From the IMG/VR virus record IMGVR_UViG_3300045988_167691: a DNA stretch of 64,000 bases, one strand, 5' to 3'. A program made the translations under genes and the position numbers. Of the stretch, positions 19,270 to 28,500 are shown in pieces. Position 1 is the first letter of the stretch. Each line of letters starts with the position of its first letter. The notes beneath the pieces are model-generated. The model saw only the letters and a list, made by a program, of their open reading frames with translations. It was not told the origin of the DNA and made no database searches. This DNA is from a virus.

Positions 19270-21285
19270 TTATTTTGCTTTTAAAGTTTGTAAATAGTTA
19301 TATGCTTTGATACAGTCGTCTTTGGAGAGGAGTTGATCGTTGTAGATGCCTAAGTTTTTTAGGGCTATTTTGGTAAAATTTGATTCATAAAAACCTAAAA
19401 ATAAACGTTTTGAAATATCAATATCACTTCCAATAGGATAAACTTTGTATTTATCCCATTTTTCATCATACACCCATCCATCAGAAGTCAAAGCGTTAAT
19501 CTTTTTACAAGAAAAAGGATAGCTTCTTAAACCCTGTTTTAAATAAATCCTCATTCCTGTTATAGCATTATAGATGTAAATTTGATTTGCTTTCAATAAT
19601 CCTGCATTATCTTTTCTATCTTCCATAAACTTCCAATCACCAACAATGGTAAATTTATCTGCGAATTGAATTGGTTTAGCACTGATTATTCCATCATCCA
19701 CCCCATCAGTAATGAGGTATCCTTCGTATTCGGGGATTTGCTCAACTAAAACATCTACTTCTTGTGAAGAATTATACCATATACCATTTGTCGAAGTTGC
19801 AGCATACTGTTTTTGGAAAGTGTATGTACCATCTTCATTAACGCTAATATATTCACCGCTTTTGTTTGCATTTCCAATAAAACAACGATCACCTTCTTTC
19901 ATGCCTGTGATACGTATCTTCCAATCAGCAGAATTAGATGTATTTAATAAAACCAAAGCATTACTGTTGTTCCCAGTTCCGATTATTCTAAATGAATCTT
20001 TTTTTACATCTGTGGGCTTAACTACATTATCTTTAAGATTAAATGAGTTGAAGTTATATGCATACAACCCATACCCACTCCCTTCTGCAAACCCAAAATT
20101 AGACAGCACAAGATCATTACCATTGCCCGTAATGTTGGCAATAGTAGCACGATCTTCGTCCTCATTGGTTTTGCCGGTGACAGTCCATGCCTGGTCGGGG
20201 AAGAGCCAGGGATAGGTTTTAACGAAGTAGTCTTTGATCTTGGTCAGCTCTTCTTCAGTGGCATCGTGGTCGAGAAATACAAGTTCCCAAATAGCAGCGT
20301 TAATACAAATTCCTACATTTCTTGTAGCTAATTTTCCAACATATAGCACATCTGTTCCTGTAAAATTACCAGTTATAATCGAAACACCATTATAACTTTT
20401 AGATGTCTGATAAGTAAGGATGTGTGGTGAATCCTTTTCACTCCCTATTGTTCCAAAAGACATCGGACGATTAAAATAATTGGTATTTACATTACGATAT
20501 TCTAACAAGAAGGCACCATCATTGAACCAATCCTTTACATTAGATACTAATCCTGAGACTATTTCACCCCTTGTAATCCACTGTCTCAACGCCACAACCG
20601 TATATCCCTTTTCTTTAGTCAGAATAGGGAAGTTATCACAGGTACCGTAATCATCTACTCCGTCAAAAACGAGTGCACCGGGGTAGAGAGGTAGTTGTTC
20701 GATGGTGATATTGCATGATTCCTGTAATTTTAAGAACCTGAATCCGTAATAAGCTTTTTTAGCTCCAAAATCAAAACTTGGTAGATGATATATACCATCA
20801 TTTTCAATTCTCATTATAACAGTTGCTTGTGTCCCATTCGAAACATATTCAATTCCTTGTCCGTCTGTTAAACCAGAAACTTTGATAGTACATGATAAAA
20901 CCCTAAATCCAGTATCACTTAGTAATGATTGATAAAATAATTGAGCTAATCCATTATCCTTTATTGATCTTGCATTAAAAGACTTATAAGTCCAAGTGAC
21001 ATCAATTCTTGATTCTACCTTATACCATTTATTACTATTATAGTTCTCTGTATATCCACCTACCCCACTCATTCCACCCCAAGCAAAATTCTTCATCTGT
21101 AAATCATGTCCATTGCCTGTAAGGTCTTTCCATACAGGGTTCTCTGCCATCTGTTCATTAGTAAGACCTAATGCTGAATACCTTGCAATCATACCAGGTA
21201 CAGATGGGAAAGGAGTTACTCCACCCCCTCCCCTAAATCTCCTAAAAGGAATTGCATTAATATTTCCTATTAAATTCATTGTCAA
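19270..21285 (-). CDS. tail-fibre-associated protein with an internally duplicated module
   Basis: The 671-aa ORF has two similar segments: DLTGNGHDLQMKNFAWGGMSGVGGY and NITGNGNDLVLSNFGFAEGSGYGLY. A lectin/LamG-like fold is only a guess. Confidence 0.5.
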   Translation of the reverse strand: MTMNLIGNINAIPFRRFRGGGGVTPFPSVPGMIARYSALGLTNEQMAENPVWKDLTGNGHDLQMKNFAWGGMSGVGGYTENYNSNKWYKVESRIDVTWTYKSFNARSIKDNGLAQLFYQSLLSDTGFRVLSCTIKVSGLTDGQGIEYVSNGTQATVIMRIENDGIYHLPSFDFGAKKAYYGFRFLKLQESCNITIEQLPLYPGALVFDGVDDYGTCDNFPILTKEKGYTVVALRQWITRGEIVSGLVSNVKDWFNDGAFLLEYRNVNTNYFNRPMSFGTIGSEKDSPHILTYQTSKSYNGVSIITGNFTGTDVLYVGKLATRNVGICINAAIWELVFLDHDATEEELTKIKDYFVKTYPWLFPDQAWTVTGKTNEDEDRATIANITGNGNDLVLSNFGFAEGSGYGLYAYNFNSFNLKDNVVKPTDVKKDSFRIIGTGNNSNALVLLNTSNSADWKIRITGMKEGDRCFIGNANKSGEYISVNEDGTYTFQKQYAATSTNGIWYNSSQEVDVLVEQIPEYEGYLITDGVDDGIISAKPIQFADKFTIVGDWKFMEDRKDNAGLLKANQIYIYNAITGMRIYLKQGLRSYPFSCKKINALTSDGWVYDEKWDKYKVYPIGSDIDISKRLFLGFYESNFTKIALKNLGIYNDQLLSKDDCIKAYNYLQTLKAK

Positions 21286-21294
21286 TTCCTTTCC

Positions 21295-21621
21295 TTAAAA
21301 ACCTATACTAAGATTGGTTGCCGTTGTCCCTTCTTTCAAAATCTTCTGAACCATGTACATGAGTGGCATTCCTATATTTGCACTCACTTCCGCTTCCGAA
21401 ATGGTATATTCCATTCCACCTGAAAGGATTACCTTAATTGCCCCTTCGGAAAGAGGAATAACTACAAACGGAACTTCTTGTCCGTTTTGGTCAATCAGCA
21501 CAATATCTTCTTCAATTGTGGCAAAATTCCATGCACTGCTGATTAAAGAAGGTGCTGCTTCACCATTAGTAGTTATCAGCTTATTGGAATTAGCTGTTAC
21601 TGTTCTTTTAACTATATCCAT
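21295..21621 (-). CDS. hypothetical protein
   Basis: The 108-aa ORF is the first gene downstream of promoter candidate 21668..21700. Confidence 0.5.
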   Translation of the reverse strand: MDIVKRTVTANSNKLITTNGEAAPSLISSAWNFATIEEDIVLIDQNGQEVPFVVIPLSEGAIKVILSGGMEYTISEAEVSANIGMPLMYMVQKILKEGTTATNLSIGF

Positions 21622-21667
21622 GATTATGAAATTTTTAAACGTTTAAAACAAAGTATATACTTACCCA

Positions 21668-21700
21668 CAAAAATAACCTTTCTTTTTGAGAAAATACAAA
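21668..21700 (-). promoter_or_regulatory. Bacteroides-type promoter candidate (-33 TTTG, 21-nt spacer, -7 TATTTTTG)
   Basis: On the minus strand TTTG (21700..21697) and TATTTTTG (21675..21668) lie upstream of the ATG at 21621. The site sits just outside the left inverted repeat. Confidence 0.4.
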
Positions 21701-22504
21701 ACCTACCTTCTTTTCTTTCGCCAATCCAATTACCAATTAGATACATCATACAAATACGTTTCCCTTTTGATAGTTGGAAGGGGAGGTTACGGTAAAGATA
21801 CCGACAATGCTCCAAATGCGCCTGAATGGTATGGAGGTTGCATGGGTGGAGACAGTGCAATTGTTGCTTATCAGAAGAATTTTATAATAAGTCAATCTAT
21901 AGACGGAATGTGGAGATATGAAACTATAGATTTCAGAAAATCAATATCAGGAAACATGGGTCTTTACGTAAAATTTGTGTGTTATGGCTCTACATATGAA
22001 GTGTTTTTGGGCGATCAAAAAAATGGACAAGAACATAGAGATACATATTGGTTTTTCAAAGTGAACGGGCAAGGAAATCTTTCGCCGTTCATTTATGGTA
22101 GAAACGAAGGAGGTCTCGCAACACCTGAATTGGTTGCAGGAGCAGGAGGAAGTAGCAGTAGCGGACAGTATAGTACATCTATTTCTGGTATGAAATACGG
22201 TGGGGTAGGTGGAGATGGAAGATATGGCAATCAAGGTCCAGAGTATAATTCAGGACTAAAAGCTGATTCTACTATCCCTGTTCAATCTATTTTTGGAGGT
22301 ACAGGGTACGGAGCAGGGAGTTATTTCGCTTCAACCGACAACTGCAAAGCCGGCGGCGCGGGAGGTTATGGAGATGGAAGTATGAACGGCAGAGCTGGAT
22401 ATGGTGCTGGCGGAACAGCTTTCAAAATATCTTCATCTTCAACTGATTTTTATAATGAAGGCAACGGGATTGTCTGCTTGTATTATCATAACAACCCTCT
22501 GTAA
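21686..22504 (+). CDS. alternative glycine-rich tail-fibre tip cassette (paralog of the C-terminus of the 2297-aa fibre), probably silent in this orientation
   Basis: This is the only protein-like plus-strand ORF. Residues 13-34 (QSNYQLDTSYKYVSLLIVGRGG) are encoded by a sequence identical to aa 2017-2038 of the fibre. It shares IPVQSIFGGT, GGAGGYG-type G-rich blocks and the terminal C(L/I)YYHN.P(L/I) with the fibre tip. I found no plus-strand promoter upstream. Confidence 0.7.
   Translation: MRKYKTYLLFFRQSNYQLDTSYKYVSLLIVGRGGYGKDTDNAPNAPEWYGGCMGGDSAIVAYQKNFIISQSIDGMWRYETIDFRKSISGNMGLYVKFVCYGSTYEVFLGDQKNGQEHRDTYWFFKVNGQGNLSPFIYGRNEGGLATPELVAGAGGSSSSGQYSTSISGMKYGGVGGDGRYGNQGPEYNSGLKADSTIPVQSIFGGTGYGAGSYFASTDNCKAGGAGGYGDGSMNGRAGYGAGGTAFKISSSSTDFYNEGNGIVCLYYHNNPL
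21721..21787. repeat. inverted repeat, left copy (67 bp, perfect)
   Basis: The sequence ccaatccaattaccaattagatacatcatacaaatacgtttcccttttgatagttggaaggggaggt is the exact reverse complement of 23340..23406. I checked this base by base. Confidence 0.95.
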
Positions 22505-22543
22505 ACAAAAAGAAAAGGGAGAGTGAAAAATATGCTCTCCCTT
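22505..22543 (-). terminator. terminator candidate between the two convergent tip cassettes
   Basis: Hairpin AAGGGAGAG (22515..22523) / CTCTCCCTT (22535..22543) is followed on the minus strand by TTCTTTTTGT. Confidence 0.55.
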
Positions 22544-22559
22544 AATGATTCTCAACAAG

Positions 22560-25500
22560 TTATATAGGTTCGTTGTGGTAGTATATACAAAATATACCTT
22601 CTCCTGGTCTTGTAATATTTCCCGCATCATCATCTGCCGGAGAAGATTCTTCTCCAGAACCATACCCAGCAATTCTTGTCTTTCCTCCGTCTGGAGAAGT
22701 GAAATAAGAATCACCATAGCCTGCGCCTCCATATGCGGATGCACCAGTTCTTTGTCCAGATAAAGTGTTCAAATACCCAGCTCCACCTTTACTTGTACCA
22801 CCAAAAATAGATTGGACAGGAATAACAACTGAGGATTGAATAGGTTTAGTCACTTTTCCCAAAACAGTATCTTCATAAGAACTTTTAAATCCATATTTAC
22901 CATCTCCACCTGGTGCACCGTCTGGTTGTATTCTTAGACCTGTAGAAGGATAAGTTTCTTCTTTTGCGTTTTGGCTTCCCGGACTTCCACTACAATAGAA
23001 TGTACCTATCATGTGGGCAGCAAAACCACCGGAACTTTTTGCATTATATACAGAATAATTGCCCAATCTACTTCCTTGTGGCATGGGGAGATCGGCATCA
23101 TTTTGAGCATTACCTTTCCCATTATAGGCTCTACATTCATAAGTTGTTATTCCTAATCTTATGGAATACTCTGTGCCTTCTGTCCAACTGCCTGTATTTG
23201 GTATAGAACTAAATGTAATTTTATTTATTTGGCCATTTGAAATATCCGACATCAATATATTAGGAATATACACAATTTGTCCAGTTGTTCCACCCATCAA
23301 TACAAATTCATTCCAAGAATCCCAATACTCAAATTTTTCACCTCCCCTTCCAACTATCAAAAGGGAAACGTATTTGTATGATGTATCTAATTGGTAATTG
23401 GATTGGTCACTTGTTATCTGCACCAACTTGTTCGGTTTAGTTAGGGTGTATTCCAAATTCACACTTGTTTGATAAACCCCACTTATACTTCCTGTCGTTG
23501 AAAAATCACTGAAACCAGAAGATGTAATCTTAATCTGATAATTTCCCGCAGGAATTTTGTCAAACCGTGCCGTGTATGTTGCTGGTCCTGCCGAACCTGT
23601 ATGCTTCTGCCCTTCTGAATCTGTAAATTCCACATTACCACCAGTAGGGTTTACTTTTACTTGCACCATATACAGCGGAGTAAGATTTACTTGCACCTGC
23701 ATTCCTTCACTGTTCACAGTAATGCTTTGGGATGTTTCTTTGGAAAAATCCCCTTCCGGTACATACAAGATATACTGTCCGTATGCGACATTGGCGAACG
23801 TTACGGTAGTGGTTATATTTTTAGTCTGAATCACCTCTAGCCCCGTACTGTCCTTTAGTTGGATTTGGCTTGGCATACCTTGCATTTGTCCAACTCTTCT
23901 TACCTGAACATTCAGAGCACTGTATATCTTCTTTAAAGAAATATTTATCTCTTTAGAAGAAGTTACATAGTCCGAATAGACTGTGTTTTCATAGCCACTC
24001 TTTTCTACGGTAAAGATATTTGAGCCACTCTTTACCGTAAGAACAGCATTCCCTTGCGAATTTGTAACGCCCGTTACTTTTACATTCCCGTTTTCGGCTG
24101 TAACCTTTGCGCCTGAAACAGGAGAACCGCTTGATGTATTCTCCCTTACAGTTACAGTTACACTCACACCCTTTTCCAATGTAACAGAAATACTTTTTAT
24201 TTCAGAAATAACACCAGTTTCTCCAGTTGCAGTCATATATCCATCGGCAGCAACTTCATAACTGAATGACTGTCCTAATGGGACATTTATTCTTGCCACG
24301 CCATCTTGTCCTGTCGTACCGGAATATATTTTCCCATCAGTTTCCGATACAGTAATCCTTGCACCCTCTAAAAAAGTTGTTCCGCTATCGCCACCATACA
24401 CCAAGAAAAGCAATGTTGTAGTTGAAGAAATAAACACTTCTTGATTTACAGAGGGCAAATGAACAGACATAAAGCCTTTTTTAGGCTGCAATGGTAAAGG
24501 TGGGGTTACCACATAATCATAACTTCCATACAAAACTTTATTTTCTGGAATATCCGAACTTTTTACCTTCTTTCCGTAGAAAGAGAATGTGATATTCAAA
24601 TCTTTCAAATCATCTGCGGATAATGTACCTCCGTCAAAAGATTGCACATACACTGACCAAATGGTAGGATTACCTATTGTTTTTGTATCCAACAAAAGAT
24701 CAGAAAGCTGGAATCTTTGAATTACATCATTTTCCATCTCCACCGTTAAGGGAGCGTTTTGCGAGCCATAAGTTATAACTATCTTCAGATTGGACGGAAC
24801 ACCACTTACCTTAAAACCAAAATCCAAAGCCTTGTGATAATCCACTGTCTTTTCTGTGCCAATTTGGAAAAGACCATTCGAAAACCCTATAAGTCCGGCA
24901 TCCACATTAAACAAAACATAAGTCTCTGTAGAAGCTGTCGATGTCTTAATTACACTCGTTAAAGTAAGGTTCTTTTTCGTTTTATCCCAGCTTCCCTCCC
25001 AGCCATCTATTTTATTTGAATTGTAAATTCTGGTAAGACTTTCCGTAATACCACCATTATCCTTATCCTGAACAATTGTCAATGGAGAAACAATTACACC
25101 ATTGGGGAAATAGGTTTTTAATTGATCTGTTGTTACACCTTCCGATGGAACAAGATATTTTTCATCTTCTTGAAAAACAGGACAACCGGAAAAATCCGCA
25201 TCGCTGTCTTGTGACCACTCAAACTCTCCACCATCAAACGTCATAATAGCAACACCACTGCTGTTTGTAGTTCCTTTATATTTATTGGAAGAGTTATTTC
25301 GATCAACCATCGTCACGACAGCGTTTTCTATTGCAGTATTTTCATCTTCAACCTTGACGGTAAACTGGACATCTGATATTTGCTTCATTTCAAAGCTAAT
25401 ATCAGCCTGTCCATTGCTTACCGTAAACTCGCCACTAAAATCCAAATAGCCGTCTTTTGTTGCTGTATAAGTGTAATTCCCGTTTCTGTTCTGGAATGTA

Positions 25501-28500
25501 GCAACACCACTCGATGCTTTGCCTGAATCAATCACCGTGCCAGGAGCTTCCTTTCTATAAATATTGATATCTGGATTTGCATAAGCAGGCGTTATCTGAA
25601 ATATAATGCTATACTTCACGTAATCAGTAAGGTCAATATCAACCTGTTTCGCTTGTAATCCAACTTCAAAGCTGCCGTCCGGTACATCTATCAAATCAGA
25701 ATTATTGCTTTCGTCAGTCGGGATCGAATAAGTATAGCTCCCCTCCGGTAAAGAAATAGTAGCTATTCCACTTTGATTAGTAACGATCGTTTGGGGAAGA
25801 ACCCTTTGTGTCGCACTATTTACTACAATCTTAACATCTGACTTGACACTGTTACTTACTATTGTCTTAAACGTGACAATAGCTCCCCGTATCATCGTTA
25901 TACTTACACTCGTTTCAGCTTCGTTTACCCTTACCGTGCCGTTCCCAGATTGATAACCTTCCTTCGAATAGGTGTATGAATGTGTACCTGTAGAAAGATT
26001 TGTTTTTGCTGTACCATCCTGTGTTGTTGTGATTGTTTCTGCGTTATCTATAACAATTTTAGCACCATCAACAAAACCTCCTTCTTCGTCTTTTACAGTA
26101 AATGTCGTTTCAAACCCAAAAACCAGTTCAACTGCTTTTTCTTGGTCGGCATCCTGTATGCTGCCTACACCTTCTTCTGGTGAGTATCCTGCAAGTAACG
26201 CACCCCAATCATAAGCACCGTTTATTACCTGTACAGGGTCAGTCGTACCATCGTCTTTTGTTTTGAGGCTTACAGTGTTCCCACTTAATATGGCTGCACC
26301 ACTCACACTGACGGCTACATCCTTTAATCCTGATTTTCCTGCGGCAGTCACTTTAAAGGTAAGATTCCATATCTTCTTTAAAATCTGTGTAAACGTTTCC
26401 TCTTTTGTTACTTCAAAAGGTAGTTCTTCACCCTTATACCCTTCTTTTGAAAATGTAGCCGTGTATCGCCCTGCTTTCAATTTTAAAGTAGCTTCACCAT
26501 TTGTTCCGGTAACAAGAGCTTCTTCTTTACCGGAAATCCCAATAGATACGCCTTGCAAAAGATTGGGGGAACTCATATTGTCTTTTGCAATAAACGTAAT
26601 ATTGTAAGACATAGGAACAAGCTGCACCAGCACATCTTTATTGCTGCCAGAAACCGATATGCTACCTTGTGTCTGTACATATCCGTCTTTTGTTACAGTG
26701 TAAGGGTAATCTCCATCAGAAAGACGAACTGTTACCAATCCACCCTGCGAAGTCTGATAGTCCTTTTCGTTGATATGAATATTAGCGTTTTCAATTGCAA
26801 CACCTTCATCTGTCTGTACAGTAAATACAATATCGTATTTCTTGTACTCCATATTTACAGGGAAAGACGGAATATCCGCACTTACAACTTCCAGCTCGCC
26901 TAAATAATCGTCCATACCATTGGCAACCACCGTAAACGGATATGTACCATTTTTTAACTGCAAGGACACCTCACCATTATCCTGTGTCTGATAAGACGTT
27001 GCATTTATCTCCACTGTAGCCCCCTTAATAGGTTCTTTCAATGGATTTTTTACCGTCATTATGACATTGTAAAGTCTTGCCTTTAAACTTATTACACTAC
27101 TGTTATCACTGTCAAGAACAGTAACCGAAGAACTGCCGTCATAATATCCCGACTTTGTTACGGTATAAGGATATGTCCCGTTTTGAAGGCTTGCAACAGC
27201 TTGACCTCTTTCATTTGTAGGATAAGAAGAGCCATTGATATTTACTGCTGCTCCTTGTGCCGGACTACTGTTATCACTGTTCTTGACAGTGATAACCACA
27301 TTATAATGTTTCAATACAAGGGTTCTTCGAATTAATGTATCCTGTCCTTCTACGTTGAACGATCCGGTCAAATCATCATATCCCTTTTTCTGCACGGTGT
27401 AGCTGTAATTTCCACTCTTTAATTTTATAGTAGCTTGTCCAGAACCGTTTACATTCAATACTCCCGGCTGTCCTTCTATTTTGATTGTAGCTCCTTCTGC
27501 CGGATTCCCCTGATTTACCTGCGAAATATTAAATTCCACATTGTATAAAAAGAAATCCATCTCAAAGGTAACGTCCGCATTCTGGTTGTTGACCTTAATT
27601 TCCCCCTGTAAAGTATCATACCCTGTCTTTTCGATTGTTACAGGATATTCACCATTTACAAGTGGTATTTCCACCTCTCCATGCTGGCTCGTAAGATATT
27701 CTCCATTGTTCACCTTTACAATGACATTCGGTATAAGCTGATTTTCCTTATCCTTTACAATGACAGTAATCGTCCATACCTTAAATTCCAATTCAGGATA
27801 TACTTCTTTATCTCTACCATCCACAACTACACTGCCGGAATACTCATCATATCCCAACTTTTCAATAGTGTAGGGATAGTTCCCGTTCCTTGCGGACAAA
27901 GAAGCCACACCTTGCAAATTGGTAGTGGTTGTTCTGTTATCCATCGTTACATTTGCATAAGGAACAACCCCTCCCTTTTCGTCCGTCATATGGAAAGTGA
28001 CCGTATAAGGAGCTAAAACCATTTGTACATCAATGAAAACACTACCGTTCAACACTACAAACATTCCTTCTGCGGGGATATATCCCGAAGCGGAAACAAT
28101 ATATTCATACTGTCCGTTTGCAAGTTGGATAATAGCTTGTCCGTTGTCATTAGTTACAACCGCATTGTTTCCTATAGAAATATTTGCACCCTCAACAGGT
28201 CTCCCATCCGAATCTGTTACATTGAAATAAACCTCTTGATAAAGGTTAAGTGAACTGTCATTAATACCCACAAACAAATCTTCCGATTCTGCCGGATAGA
28301 ATAGTGGTGAAAGGTTGCTGTCAGAATCGTACAAAACATTGCCGTCTTGATCTCGCATAACGAACCCTCTGATACGCGGTAACTGGTTTGCCGGAACTTG
28401 CTGGTCGTAATACGGAAAAAAGTATTCGTCCGGCACATATTTTACACCATCGGTCTTTTTTACAATATCCAGCAAATCGTCCCATTCTACGATTTTTCCA

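Larger units (their letters stand above)
21721..23406. other. putative invertible DNA segment (tail-fibre tip switch)
   Basis: The two 67-bp inverted repeats flank 1552 bp. That interval holds two convergent tip-coding regions separated by a shared hairpin. Both repeat copies are in frame with their respective tips. Confidence 0.6.

Noticed and set aside
21624-21860. 78-aa minus-strand ORF overlapping the left inverted repeat
   Set aside because: It overlaps the promoter candidate and the in-frame tip cassette. Its composition (HCLHPCNLH...) is not protein-like. It is a likely artefact of the open antisense frame.
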